This document shows positions 38,001-50,800 of a DNA stretch of 64,000 bases, piece after piece. The DNA comes from Octopus bimaculoides (taxonomy: Eukaryota). Numbering within the stretch: the first letter of the stretch is position 1; every line of letters begins with the position of its first letter. The DNA is taken from assembly GCF_001194135.2 (NCBI RefSeq), contig NC_069004.1, forward strand, positions 15,547,072 through 15,611,071, written 5' to 3'. Below the pieces are notes generated by a model that ran no database searches, was not told the DNA's origin, and saw only the letters and a program-made list of their open reading frames with translations. Position numbers and translations under genes: made by a program.

Positions 38001-39414
38001 AGTAGGTTGAGCAAGTACATTGAGGCAACATCAGAGAAAAATAGGGAACTGAAACTAGATCTAAAGATTAAGCTTCAATGTTATGTTCTATCTATCTATC
38101 TATGTTTGTCTGTCTCTCTACTTAGATCAGTTTATCACAGCATGGGGTATACACCCCATTGGTGGGACCTAGAAAAATTGTGGTCAGGTGTGATGCTGTA
38201 ATCGCCAGGCACAAGGTTCTCATTAAAGTCATTCAATTTTTATTTTCTTAGTCAATAATGTACTTATTTTGTACCCAATACTTAATAAAAGAATTACTGG
38301 GTAGATTCTTTTGTATTAAATAATTGTGATAAAATATTAAAAATAAAGTTGTTTTTTTTTTCCAACCACTGGTGGGGGCATACATTTTTCTGGAATGTTA
38401 TTGTAGGCCCTGGGAGAAAACAGGTTGGGAAACACTGATCTAGATAGACGTGTGTGCCATTATGTTTAAATGATAGAATTGTCTGGTTATGCAAAGTGCA
38501 AAAAATGTCTAGAAAGGTTAGAATTACAAGCCCTGAGTTCCATTGACTCCCCTATTATCAGCAAATGAAAGCAAATCCTGTTGTGTTTCTGTTGCTAGCA
38601 AATAATGTAATCTTCACAGCTAATCAGCTACAGTTTGGCTTCAATTTAGTTAATTAGCAAACAAAAACCAAATCTGCCATTGTTGATGCATGTAAAACAT
38701 TTTTTATAATCCTTTCTACTCTAGGCACAAGACCTGAATGTTTGAGGGCAGAAGGTTTATAGTCAGTTACATTGACTCCAGTGTGTAACTGGTACTTCAT
38801 TGAACCCCAAAAGAATGAAAGACAAAGTTGACCTCAGCAGAATTTGAACACAGACGAAATGCCACCCTGTTTGGTATGCTAACGGCTCTGCCAGCCTTCT
38901 GCCTTTAAAGCATTTACAATAATTAGTAAACCATGGATTTATTTAGAACAATGTTTTAAATCTCAAAACATACTGGATTATTGATTTTATCTCCATGTCG
39001 TATATCCTGATCAATTGGTCTGACTAAATCCTTCCACTTCCAAAACATAACATTGGATAGAATTCAACCTTTTAGCATTCAGATTACTTTGTCAAATGTA
39101 ATGCTTATTTATTCACATTGTTTTCAATTCATCGTGTATTATCTTGTAGTTATGAGACTTTGATGATGTGATTATTTATTGCAAGACTGGTGTGAAAGGC
39201 TGGATCTGACCAGTTTGAACATAAAAGAGGTAGAATATATGGACTAGATATGGCCAGTTTAAATGCTAAATGGTTAATTCTAGAATGCTTCAGCTCTTGA
39301 AATTTTATTACTGAATGACAACCTTCTTTCAGTACAAGCATATTGACAAATGATCAGAAGACTGAATTTTAAATATGTAGAAATATTATGTAGAAAGGAG
39401 TTCTTTGGCTACTA

Positions 39415-39845
39415 TCTTGATAATAATGTTCGTCTGTCATCAATGATGACCAGGACATAACATGGAAGATGGGTCACAGTGCATCTAGTTGTGGCCTATG
39501 CATGCTCGAAAAATTCTGCCACAGGTCAGATACTGGTGCTCTGCTGGGAATGAAGGCAAGGACAGCTTGTGTTTCTTTGTGCTCCTGTGATCCTTTTCTG
39601 TTTGTAGGAGACGGCACCTCTGCTCGTGCAGTTACGCCAGGCAGGGCAGTCCTATACCTGCATTTCCCAGGTGTCAGAGTTGATCTGAAAGCACTTCAGT
39701 GAGGCTTTGAGTGTATCTTTGAAGGTCCCAGACACAGAGGTCCTCTCAAGCTCATCTGCCAAGCATTTCCACTCTGCTGAGGAGTGTGCAGGTCAGGTGG
39801 ACAGGCCACCTTCTTTGAATGCCCGACACACGACTACCCAAAAAG
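39415..39845 (-). mobile_element. RTE-clade LINE 3' end relic
   Basis: Minus strand gives FKDTLKASLKCFQINSDTWE...WRN and C.TCGRIFRA.IG, then an RTE-like 3' end (ggtcatcattgatgacagacgaac) and a short A/T-rich tail. Confidence 0.8.
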
Positions 39846-41038
39846 GGTACTGTCCTATTTATATTAAGAACATGCTTTAAAAAAGGAGTGATAGTGAAGC
39901 CTAACATGTGAAGCAACTGTGTGAGCTCTAGTTGAGTACTATTTATGTTTAAGAACATATCGAAGTTGATTTGAGCATGGGACAAAGCCAGCTCTTTCAG
40001 TTCGTTGTGATGGGGAAATCTAATTAGGAGTTGCAGACTGATTCAGTCAGTTATAACTCTGAACTAATAATTCAGTTAATTACCTAATAAATCTTAAATA
40101 TTTCTCCTGCTAAGAACTATTAATTAAGGTCCACTGAGTCGGTTTAAGGTTACTTTGTAGAGCAGTAACATCCCAAGAGTATATTGGGCAAGCCATTCAC
40201 CTCTGTCTGAATTTGTATCACTTGAGCCAAAGAAGAAGTCAAGGGATTTCAAACTCCAAGAAAAAAAGGCTGTTACATGCTGAAGAAAAAACCCAACAGG
40301 CCAACGACGAGGATGTGATATGGAGAAGGGAATGGCTTATAATTAGAAGCAGTCGTACTTTACAACAAAGTGGATAAGGTAATCAAACCTATTTTTATTG
40401 AGAGTCAAATTTGCAAACCAACGTTAAATATAGTTTTTATTGTCTTTATAATAAAGTCTTTTTGATACCATTCAACGTTTTGTAGTGACATGAAATCACA
40501 GCAAAGTTGTTCATTTTATTTTTGAGAGGAGTTCAACCAAGCCCACCCATTCAAAATACATTGTCACTGCCACAAGTTTTGATTAATCCTATCCTTCATG
40601 TTTAATGTACATTTCTAGCCTGTTAACCACATCTTACCTTCATTGGTAGTAAATCTTGTACTTCAATAACTTTACAGTTTTTGTCGGTTCTTCAAATANN
40701 NNNNNNNNNNNNNNNNNNNNNNNNNNNNNNNNNNNNNNNNNNNNNNNNNNNNNNNNNNNNNNNNNNNNNNNNNNNNNNNNNNNNNNNNNNNNNNNNNNNN
40801 NNNNNNNNNNNNNNNNNNNNNNNNNNNNNNNNNNNNNNNNNNNNNNNNNNNNNNNNNNNNNNNNNNNNNNNNNNNNNNNNNNNNNNNNNNNNNNNNNNNN
40901 NNNNNNNNNNNNNNNNNNNNNNNNNNNNNNNNNNNNNNNNNNNNNNNNNNNNNNNNNNNNNNNNNNNNNNNNNNNNNNNNNNNNNNNNNNNNNNNNNNNN
41001 NNNNNNNNNNNNNNNNNNNNNNNNNNNNNNNNNNNNNN

Positions 41039-41115
41039 TGTAAAAGAACTTGTCAGGTTGGGTCTCCAACAAGGACTTTCGTGATACCCTTAAAGCCAGG
41101 ACTTTTCAGCATCCC
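41039..41115 (-). mobile_element. Mariner-MITE end truncated by assembly gap
   Basis: Reverse complement of the left end of the 18417/60193 family (ggatgctgaaaagtcctggctttaagggtatcacgaaag). Confidence 0.65.
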
Positions 41116-43003
41116 ATTGTTGCTCTTACAATCATTTCATTTGTTTTATACTTAAAAAAAAAAAAAAAAAATTTGTTGCTTTAACAGGGCCAACTTAAGT
41201 TGCTTAACTTTTACCTCTCATATTTTTCCATTGCAAATTTCATTGTGTGTAGTTTCCTAATATCCCCCAACATTATACTCTTTACGTACTGCAACCGTAT
41301 GCAGTGATATTAACCCTTGTATTTTGTCACCTCTGTTACAAAATACAAATGTTCCCATCCTTAATTTTCCATTTACTTTGACAATGGCATTTATAATGAT
41401 TACAGTAAAAATTATTAAAAGACTGTCATATGTATTTATAAAATGTAAAGTCAGATACATCAAGCTGTAGACTTGTTATCATAATGCACTCTTTTTGATA
41501 TTCAAGTCAAACATTTTAGGAAAACTTATAATTAAATAACTTTAAAATTTTTTGAAAACTTTATTAGAAAAATGTATACTAATTACATATTATTCTTTCT
41601 ACTATAGGCACAACACTTGAAACTTTTGGCGAGGAAGCCAGTTGATTGCATCAACTCCAGTGTTCAACTGGTATTTTATTTTGTCAACCCCAAAAGGATG
41701 AAATGAAGGGCAAAGTCAGCCTCGGCAATATTTGAACTCAGAACATAAAACCAGAGGAAAATGCTACTTAAGCATTTTGTCTGGCATGCTAACAATTCTG
41801 CCAGCTGACTGCCTCTATTAATCATTTAATAATATACATGAATATAATTCTGTAAGTTCTGTTTTTTCGTATTCAACTTATTAGGGTAAAAATTTGGAAA
41901 AACAATTTTTTTTTCAACATAACTCAGGCATGGTCCCACGAATTTTTCAAAGGGAGGGCACAAGATCAGAAGGGAATACAATTCCAGGAGAAAAGGGCAT
42001 AATAACGTTATCTAAAAGGGCACACTTCTTTTCTTGAGGTGGGCACATGCCCCTGTAACTGAAGCAATTTTTTTGTTACTGACTCTAGACAGCTTGCTTA
42101 CCAACTACATGGTTCCAGGTTCAGTCCCACTGTGTGGCACCTTGGGCAAGTGTCTTCTAATATAGCCTCGGGCCGACCAAAGCCTTGTGAGTGGATTTGG
42201 TAGACGGAAAGAAGCCCGTTGTATATATGTATATGTGTGTGTGTGTCTGTGTTTGTCCCCCCTAAAAGAGTATGATACCAGTAACAATTTGTGAACTTTC
42301 TGTGTATCTAAATATAGAATGGCCTTTTATACCTTTGGTGTGTGTGAAAAATTTAAACAGGTTCTGAATTCAGTTGCAATGACAATAGACCGTTACATTC
42401 AAACAACAGGATAAAATCTCTAAATGACTGTAGGTCACATAAAATTAGAGTGTAGCCTACGTGTTGGAGATCACTGTTCTATGTAATTGTTTGAACTCCT
42501 AAAAATAGCAGCCAAATCTCCTTCAAATTACATGTATGTTAAAAAAATGGAGGGACAAATTAGATAATTTAGTATGGAAAAATGAAATACAGGATGATTA
42601 CTTCTGAAACATCTTTGAACATAGGTTTGCTTGTTCAACACAGAGGTAAATAAATGGGACAAATGTCTAGACATTAAAGTGGTTATTTAATAATGTCCAG
42701 TAATAACCATCACACAATTTTGACATGGAGAAACCAGTCATGTGCATGTCCACCGTGCTGTTGTTGTTGTTGGCACTCCGTCGCTTGCGACGTCGAGGGT
42801 TCCAATTGATCCGATCAATGGAACAGCCTGCTCGTGAAATTAACGTGCAAGTGGCTGAGCACTCCACAGACACGTGTACCCTTAACGTAGTTCTCGGAAC
42901 CATGTGGTTGGTAAACAAGCTACCTACCACACAGCCTCTCCTAATATATGTGAATTTATATAGCAGATTCCTTAGTATATCATAGGTTTCTGCAGTCGAT
43001 AGG

Positions 43004-43035
<32 letters not shown>

Positions 43036-43097
43036 CATTTTAATTATTTCTGTGGGAGGTTTTGGAACATAATAACACCTATGATAGTCGAGGGATT

Positions 43098-43480
43098 NNN
43101 NNNNNNNNNNNNNNNNNNNNNNNNNNNNNNNNNNNNNNNNNNNNNNNNNNNNNNNNNNNNNNNNNNNNNNNNNNNNNNNNNNNNNNNNNNNNNNNNNNNN
43201 NNNNNNNNNNNNNNNNNNNNNNNNNNNNNNNNNNNNNNNNNNNNNNNNNNNNNNNNNNNNNNNNNNNNNNNNNNNNNNNNNNNNNNNNNNNNNNNNNNNN
43301 NNNNNNNNNNNNNNNNNNNNNNNNNNNNNNNNNNNNNNNNNNNNNNNNNNNNNNNNNNNNNNNNNNNNNNNNNNNNNNNNNNNNNNNNNNNNNNNNNNNN
43401 NNNNNNNNNNNNNNNNNNNNNNNNNNNNNNNNNNNNNNNNNNNNNNNNNNNNNNNNNNNNNNNNNNNNNNNNNNNNNNNN
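43098..43480. other. Assembly gap (N run); other gaps at 10912-10933, 40699-41038 and 58199-58226
   Basis: N characters in the sequence. The poly-X ORFs in the track are artefacts of these gaps. Confidence 0.99.
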
Positions 43481-43519
43481 AAATTAGCAGCTAATTCAAT
43501 TCACAACAGAAGTATCTCT

Positions 43520-43830
43520 ACATCATCATCATTGTCGTCGTTTAACGTCCGCTTTCCATGCTAGCATGGGTTGGACGATTTGATTGAGGACTGGTGAAAC
43601 CAGATGGCTACACCAGGCTCCAATCTGATTTGGCAGAGTTTCTACAGCTGGATGCCCTTCCTAACGCCAACCACTCAGAGAGTGTAGTGGGTGCTTTTAC
43701 GTGTCACCCGCACGAAGGCCAGTCAGGCAGTACTGGCAACGGCCACGCTCAAAATGGTGTATTTTATGTGCCACCCGCACAAGAGCCAGTCCAGGGGCAC
43801 TGGCAACGATCTCACTCGAAAATCCTAAAA
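43520..43830 (-). mobile_element. SINE family C copy, reverse orientation
   Basis: catcatcatc...tttaacgtccgctttccatgctagcatgggttggacg...ctggatgcccttcctaacgccaaccactc. Confidence 0.78.
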
Positions 43831-44354
43831 GAAGCAAAGTCTCTCATCAACAATGATTAATTAATTATATGAACATGGGACATAATTAGCAGGAAGTTGG
43901 CAAATCGAAAGAATCAGCCCAACCATAGGATACATTGTAGTGACTGAATTTACTCCAGGTTGTCACAGGCAGCTGCAGAGGCAACAACCATCAGTAACCA
44001 CCAAAATTCTGATAAAAACATACTGGATTTTGAGTTAGAATTTCTGTCTCTGCACAATTAGTAGATAATGGTTAACCCGATGCTGGATTCAACTGTCCTA
44101 TGTTAGTCTCTGTTAACTCATCTATGCTGGGAACGGTTCAGGTTTGGCTGCCAATGACCTGACAAAAGATTGTGAAGTTAAGGTTTTGAGCTATCGATCA
44201 AATAATTCAAGAGTTTTGAAAATAGGTGTTGTGATGTGTACTAAGCAAAGATCCAGCAGAACCGAGACAAATGAAGAGAGTAGAAAATCATACTAAGTCT
44301 TCATTGTCTCATATCATTTGTGATTGACTAAATAGTTAATAGTAATGTACTAGG

Positions 44355-44745
44355 ATGTGAAGGTGCATGGCTCAGTGGTTAGAGCATCAGGCTTACAATC
44401 ATGAGGTTGTGAGTTTGATTCCTGGACAGGGCTGTGTGTTGTTCTTGAGCAAGACACTTTATTTCATGTTGATTCAGTTCACTCAGCTGTAGAAATGAGT
44501 TGCGACATCACTGATGCCAAGCTCTATTGGCCTTCTTGGATAACATCAGTGGCATGGAAAGAGGAAACTGGTATGCATGGACAACTGCTGAGCTTCCACA
44601 AATAACCTTGCCTGGACTTGTGCCTCAGAGGTGAACTTCTTAGGTGCAATCCCATGGACAACTGCTGAGCTTCCACAAATAACCTCGCCTGGACTTGTGC
44701 CTCAGAGGTGAACTTCTTAGGTGCAATCCCATGGCCATTCTTGAC
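44355..44745 (+). mobile_element. SINE family E (tRNA-like head ggtgcatggctcagtggttagagc) with an internal 77-bp tandem duplication
   Basis: A-box/B-box-like head and cttgagcaagacactttatttca body. Relatives at about 36995-37320 (+), 49165-49450 (+) and 42765-42900 (-). Confidence 0.75.
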
Positions 44746-44894
44746 CAAAGTGAGTATTTACCCTTTTATTTAAGATCATTTCATTTACTTACAACTTTGC
44801 AGAACTACAATACCTGGGGTTCAATTAAACAGTAAAACTAAATAAATAAGATTTAAAGAGAAATAAAAATATCTCTTAGGAGGCTGATATTTAC

Positions 44895-47800
44895 CTGAGT
44901 CAAATCCAACACCCTTGGTTGCACCCAGGTCATGTAAACTTTTTCATCCACTTGATCTATATGCCCACAAACTAACCCCAAACTCAGGGCCTTCATCACA
45001 AGAGGTTCAACCTAAAATGATAGAAGAAATTACATAATCTGTTTCAACATTTTAATGAAGGCAAACAAAAGAATCCAGCTCAAGTATTAACCACCCACTC
45101 CCTCGACAACCAGATTCACTTCCATTTTTTAAAGAAGGCTTTAACTCTTTAGCATTCAGATTATTATGTCAAATATATATTTATTCATGTTGTTGTTAAT
45201 TCATCATGCATTATCTTGTAGCTTCAAGATTTTGTTGGTGTGATTGTTTTATTCTTAGAATTACATTATAGAGTAGGTGTGAAAAGTTGGATGTTGCTAG
45301 TTTGAATGCTAAAGGGTTAAATCTGAACATTAAAATGTAGAATACTGGATGCCAGGTAGGAAAAGATCTGTTGAAAATATGATAAAGGCACAGCATATAA
45401 AAACTACCGATAGACATATACAAAAACTACATATGTAAAAGTAGACAAGCTTCTTTGGCATCTTCTAAGTCATACATAAATCTAAAATTTATTTTGGATT
45501 TTAGTGAAAGTATAGTAACTCAAGGAGAACTGCTGACAACAGTTCTCACTCCATCCAAAAGACAGATTATATTAAACATGTGTAACAAGTATGATGTCAC
45601 ATAAGATAATTTGAATATGTGGAGAGAGAGAAAGAGAGAGAGATATGTGAAATGTGAGACAATGATTGTTGTTGTGACAGTGGAAGGTCACAGAGAGACC
45701 AAAACAGACAGGAAGAAGTGGTGAGATCAGATCTCAGGGAAGGGTTAATGCAGCACAGAGGTTAACAGTGATTTACTATACTGCACACTTATTCAACCAA
45801 TAACAGCATCGAAAAAGAAATGATAACAATAATGAAGATGATGAGGATTGACTTACACAAAATGTTGGATTAGAAATATAATAATATAGGCTTTTCATGA
45901 TTCTATCATCATCCTTTAATGTCCATTTTCCATGATGACATGAGTGGGACAGTTTGACCAGAGATGGCAAGCAGAAGAGCAGCACCAAGTTCCAGTCTGA
46001 TTTGGCTTGATGTCATTCCCAATGGCAAGCACTTTTACAGAGTGTGCTGGATGCTTTTAATGTGGCACCAGCACAAATGCATTCCTGTGATACTGGCATG
46101 ATTGCTTTTTACATGGCACCAGCACAGTGGTGCATCGGCTGGGTCTATAATAGTGGGAAATAGGAAAGAGGTAAATTCTGAATAGGCAGGACAGATGAAT
46201 GGATACAGGTAATGTTATGGAGTTTGATCCTACTGTGCAGTATCTTGTGCAAATGTCTTCTATTACAGCCTTATGAGTAAAACAGGGTACAAAGGAACTG
46301 AGTGGAAGTCTAGGGACCATTCCCATTCTTGTTGGGTGGACTTTATCCAGTTTGGTTTAAAACCACCACCTGGGCCTTGGAAAAGTTTTGTGGAGTGGAG
46401 TCTGTTACAAGCATTCAACCCAAGTGTCCAGTCTGAGGACAACTTACTCCCTTTTTCCCCACTGGCCAAAGGAAGCCCTACAAAGGGTTGATGAGTGCAG
46501 CTCCATTTTCTATGGTTGTGTCATTGAAAAGGTTAAAATACAGCAAAAGGAAAATAAAGGTAGGTGAGACAAAGAAGAAACAGCCATACTTCATATAAAG
46601 GTATATCAGCTTCTCTGGCAATGTCAGCAAAAGAGAGTTGACGACTAGTTGCTGGTCTGCTGAAAGTCATCTGTAAAAGTCAAGAAATTAGTTAATTATT
46701 TGTGATTATGAACAGTCACAACAAGGGCTTCTAAATAGTTTTTGCAAACAGAACAATATGTGTAGGTAACTTATGCATAATCCTTCTCTTACAAACTAGG
46801 ACTTATTAACCCTGTAAGTTGGCTGAAATAAAGAGTTTAAATGCCTTGTCTGATGATACATATTAGTCTCTGCAACAACAGCAACTTGAAAAGCAGGAAA
46901 TCTTGTTGTGTTACTTATATTAAATTTATCATTCTTAATGGCCCTGGGGTATAATAGAAGATGCTTGTCCAACTATCTTGTTAATTTACCTTTCCAACCT
47001 TGGAAGGCTCCTTCAACATTAATTGACTGTTGTGAGACTAAATTTATATTGTATAAATAATGTGTGTGTGTGAGTGAGAGAGAGAGAGAGAGAGAGGATG
47101 CAAAATAAATTTCAGCTATGAGATACAAAAACAAATGAAGCTGCATCTGCAACAATTTATGCAGGACCAGTGAACCCAGATAACTAACATGGCTAAAAAT
47201 ATTCTTCGGAAGAAAATATTTTTAAAAAACCCCCCAAAAAACTCTAAATGAATTTTGCAAAATAATTAACTAGAAATACTGTAATGATATAAAACACTTG
47301 ATGTATTTTGTTAATTTCTTTGTGCTACATATCAAGTTGGTTTAATAAGAAAATACATTTATTTTCAGCAGATAATTTTTTCATCAGTTTACAAAAAGAT
47401 TAAAAGGATTGCAAAGAACTTTTCTTCACAGAAATAAACAGACAACATTATCCAAATTCAGAGAAAAGTTAGGAAAACCCCAAAATGTTACAATGAAGAT
47501 CATCTAAACGTTATGATTGTACAAGTATCATCATGGACATAGAAGAGAATTTTGAAATAAAGAACTGACAGAAATGATAGTTACCTCCATGAGACAAAGC
47601 AGACGGATCTTTTGTTTAAGAGCAACTTCTTCCGCCACAAGTTCTGGCTGAAAAAATCAAGTAAGTTAATATAGAACATTTGGTGAAATATGAAGATGCT
47701 AGACAAGGTAGCAAATATTGATTTAAAATCTTGGCACAAGGCCAGCAAGTTCAAAGGAAGGGACTAGTCAATTACATTAACTCCAGTACTCAACTGGAAC

Positions 47801-50800
47801 TTATTTTATCAACCCCCAAAGGGATGATAGGCAAAGTTGACCGTGTCAGAATTTGAACTCAGAACGTAAAGACAGATGGAATGCTGCTAAGCATTTTGCC
47901 CTGCATGCTAACAGTTCTGCCAGTTTGTTGCCTTACAAAGACACCAATTTTAAAAGAAAAGAAAGGCATTTCTAAACAAAGAAAGCTACACTTCAAAGTG
48001 AAACCATCCAGCCATAGAAATCAGGCTGGGGTCTGGTGCAGCCTCTCAGCTTACTAGCCCTGGTCAAACCGTCCGACTCATGCCAGTATGGACAACGGTT
48101 GTTAAATGATGATGATGATGATGATATTAAAAAAGAATCTGAATCTTAATAAACAGAAAAAATCTAACTATTCTCAAATATATCAGCCTTGTTTTTTTTC
48201 CCTAGCATAAAAATGGTGTGCTGAGATTGACCTGGTCATCTTAGAGGGGTTAAAATCCATTAGGTAGACTTCTATAACCCTTATAACATACAAACTGACC
48301 ATATCAGGCCCAAATATTCCACATGTTTTATGTTCAAACTGGCCCAGCTACTGTTCCTCACGTCTACCCTACAATATCATTCTAAAAACAAACCATCACA
48401 TCACTGAAATTGCATAGCTACAGGATAATAAATGATCGAATTCAAAACAGTGTGAATAAATAAGCATAACATTTGAAAGAGTGATCTGAATGCTAAAGGG
48501 TAAATGAGATTCATTCACAAGCTGACTTTCATTATACTTTAGACACTGTTAGGTTTACTGAAAGACAAAGTCATTGAAATGAAGGCATCACATGAAAAGA
48601 AAAATCTACTTACCACTGCAGCCCAATGTGTCTTTAGGCTATCAAATTTAGCAAGGTTGCCACTATTAAAAGCGTATAACAGTTGTACTAGCCATTCTCT
48701 ATTGGTACCAGTGAGGCTGTTTACAATGGGGTGAGCCAACTAGGAGAAAAATAAAAATAAAGAGAATTTTTCATGGATCTAAGGCAGAAGACAAACAGAA
48801 AAATATAACTTTGTAATAGTGATCGAAGAGGAGAAGAAAGGAGATTCTGTGACCTTCATAGATTTACCAAAGACATTATCTTCTTTGGGAGAGAAAATGT
48901 CTCTAATTTCATTGCAGACTGGGTTGGCTTGAAGTTTGGCTTTATTCAAAATTATTTGCCAAAATGAAATAACAGAGTCTGAGAAAATCTAAAATCATTT
49001 CTGTTGCCAGAGGATTCAGAATATCAAGGCTTGTTGCAGTCAAGACACTTCTGATGATGTAGCAGTTGCTGCTGCTACTACTACTACTACTACTACCACC
49101 ACTGTGAAAACAATTGTTGACTATTACTCAAATTTCCATCAGTTTTTAGGTTCCTTATTATTATTATTATGGCCTAGTAGTTAGGGTGTTGCACTCAAGA
49201 TTGCAAGATTGTGGTTTCAATACCTAGACTGGGTGGTGCATTGTGTTTTTGAGCAAAACACTTCATTTCAGGTTGCTCTGTCATCACTTCAACACCTGAT
49301 GTGTGGTACACAATGCACCTATTCAGGCAACGTCGATTTGATGGGAAGAGGGAGCTAATGAGAGGCACATACGTTTGATCAATGTAAACAAATCATTTGT
49401 GTAGATCATTTGGCAAAAGCTGAACATTCATACATTGTCTTCAATAGGAGAGTCCATCATCATCATTTAACCTCTGCTTTCCATGCTGGCATGGGTTGGA
49501 CGGTTTGACTGAGGACATCATTATTATTATTACTGCAAGAAACTGACAGAATCATTAGCCCACTGGGCAAACTGCTTAACAGCTTTTCTTCTGGCTTTAC
49601 GTTCTGAATTCAAATTCCACCAAGGTCAACTTTGCCTTTCATCCTTTCAGAGTTAATAAATTAAGTACCAGTCAAATACTGGGGTTGATGCAATTGATTA
49701 ACACCACCTCACACCAAAATTCTGGGTCTTGTGTCGAGGGTAGAAAGTATTATTTTCTCCACTTGAAGATATTTTATTCTTTCTTGTACCTCTCTCTCAC
49801 TGGCTAACCATGTACCTCCTCTATAGCAAGACATCTGTTTCTGCCCCTCTGTCTCTTTGTCACCCTCTAACCTTCCATCCCCTGACACACTCATAATTCC
49901 TTGTTTTGCAAGTTACTTGGTAGCTCTGCCAGTACTGGTGCCATGTAGAAAGCATCCAGTCCAAACTGTAAAGTGGTTGGCATTTCTAAGGGCATCTAGC
50001 TGTAAAAATCATGCCAAAATTAACCTTACCTGTGCTAGTGCCACATAAAAATCACTGAGTCCACTTTGCAGAGTGGTTGGCATTAGGAAGGGCATCAAGT
50101 TGTAAAAACTCTGCTGAAACAGACACAGTAGCCTAGGGTAGTTTTTCTACCTGGCCAGCTCCTGTCAACTGTCCTACCCAATAATGCAAGGACGATGGAT
50201 GTTAAGCAATGATGATGATGATGATGAAAGGTAGGGGGAAAATTAACTTACCAATTCTCCAAAATTATAAACACCATCTCCAAGGAGGGCAGAAATACCC
50301 AGCTGGTATGCCCTTTGTTGCTTTTCATCAACTGAAATGTGAAATCATTCATAATTAGTCTAAACATGACATCACACACAAATGTGTCAACTTTGGAATA
50401 GATTTACCTTGGAATTTTAAGGTTTTTCCATTCCAAGGGTTGATTTTGTATGCATTATAGAACGTTGGAGCAGAATTTGAGATATCAAAAATGAAGAGAA
50501 CCATTACACAGTTCAAACCTTTTTGAGATTTTTAATTGATCCTTTTGCAAAAAAAAAAAAAGTCTTGTACCTCATCAAAAAATATAATTAATTACTGAAA
50601 GTTAAATAATCAAATATAGAAATCCCTGCTGCCAGAAGAATCATAAGTTGAGAAGTGTCAACAGTTAGAATATCTTGAATGATTTTGGACTGGACCAAAC
50701 TACAGCTGCGCCATGGAAATAACAAAATAAATGAAGGCAATAAGGAACTTCTATATGGATGCTAAACCCGCTAGAAATAGCAGCCAAATATTTCTCAAAT

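Noticed and set aside
40160-40380. Open 72-codon plus-strand stretch (AVTSQEYIGQ...DVIWRREW) between AG and GT-like sites
   Set aside because: It ends in a stop before the donor, and the YIGQ resemblance to GIY-YIG is too short to support a call.
32704-40689. Possible sixth gene on the minus strand from exon-like pieces 40638-40689 (TDKNCKVIEVQDLLPMK), 33531-33563 (ELDGQHKYSP) and 32704-32756 (IVCCEYKRFACKREEN*)
   Set aside because: Splice signals are plausible, but the first two pieces do not join in phase, I recognise no homolog, and such signals are common in AT-rich DNA. RNA-seq could revive it.
40656-43494. Long poly-X ORFs in the track
   Set aside because: Artefacts of N gaps.
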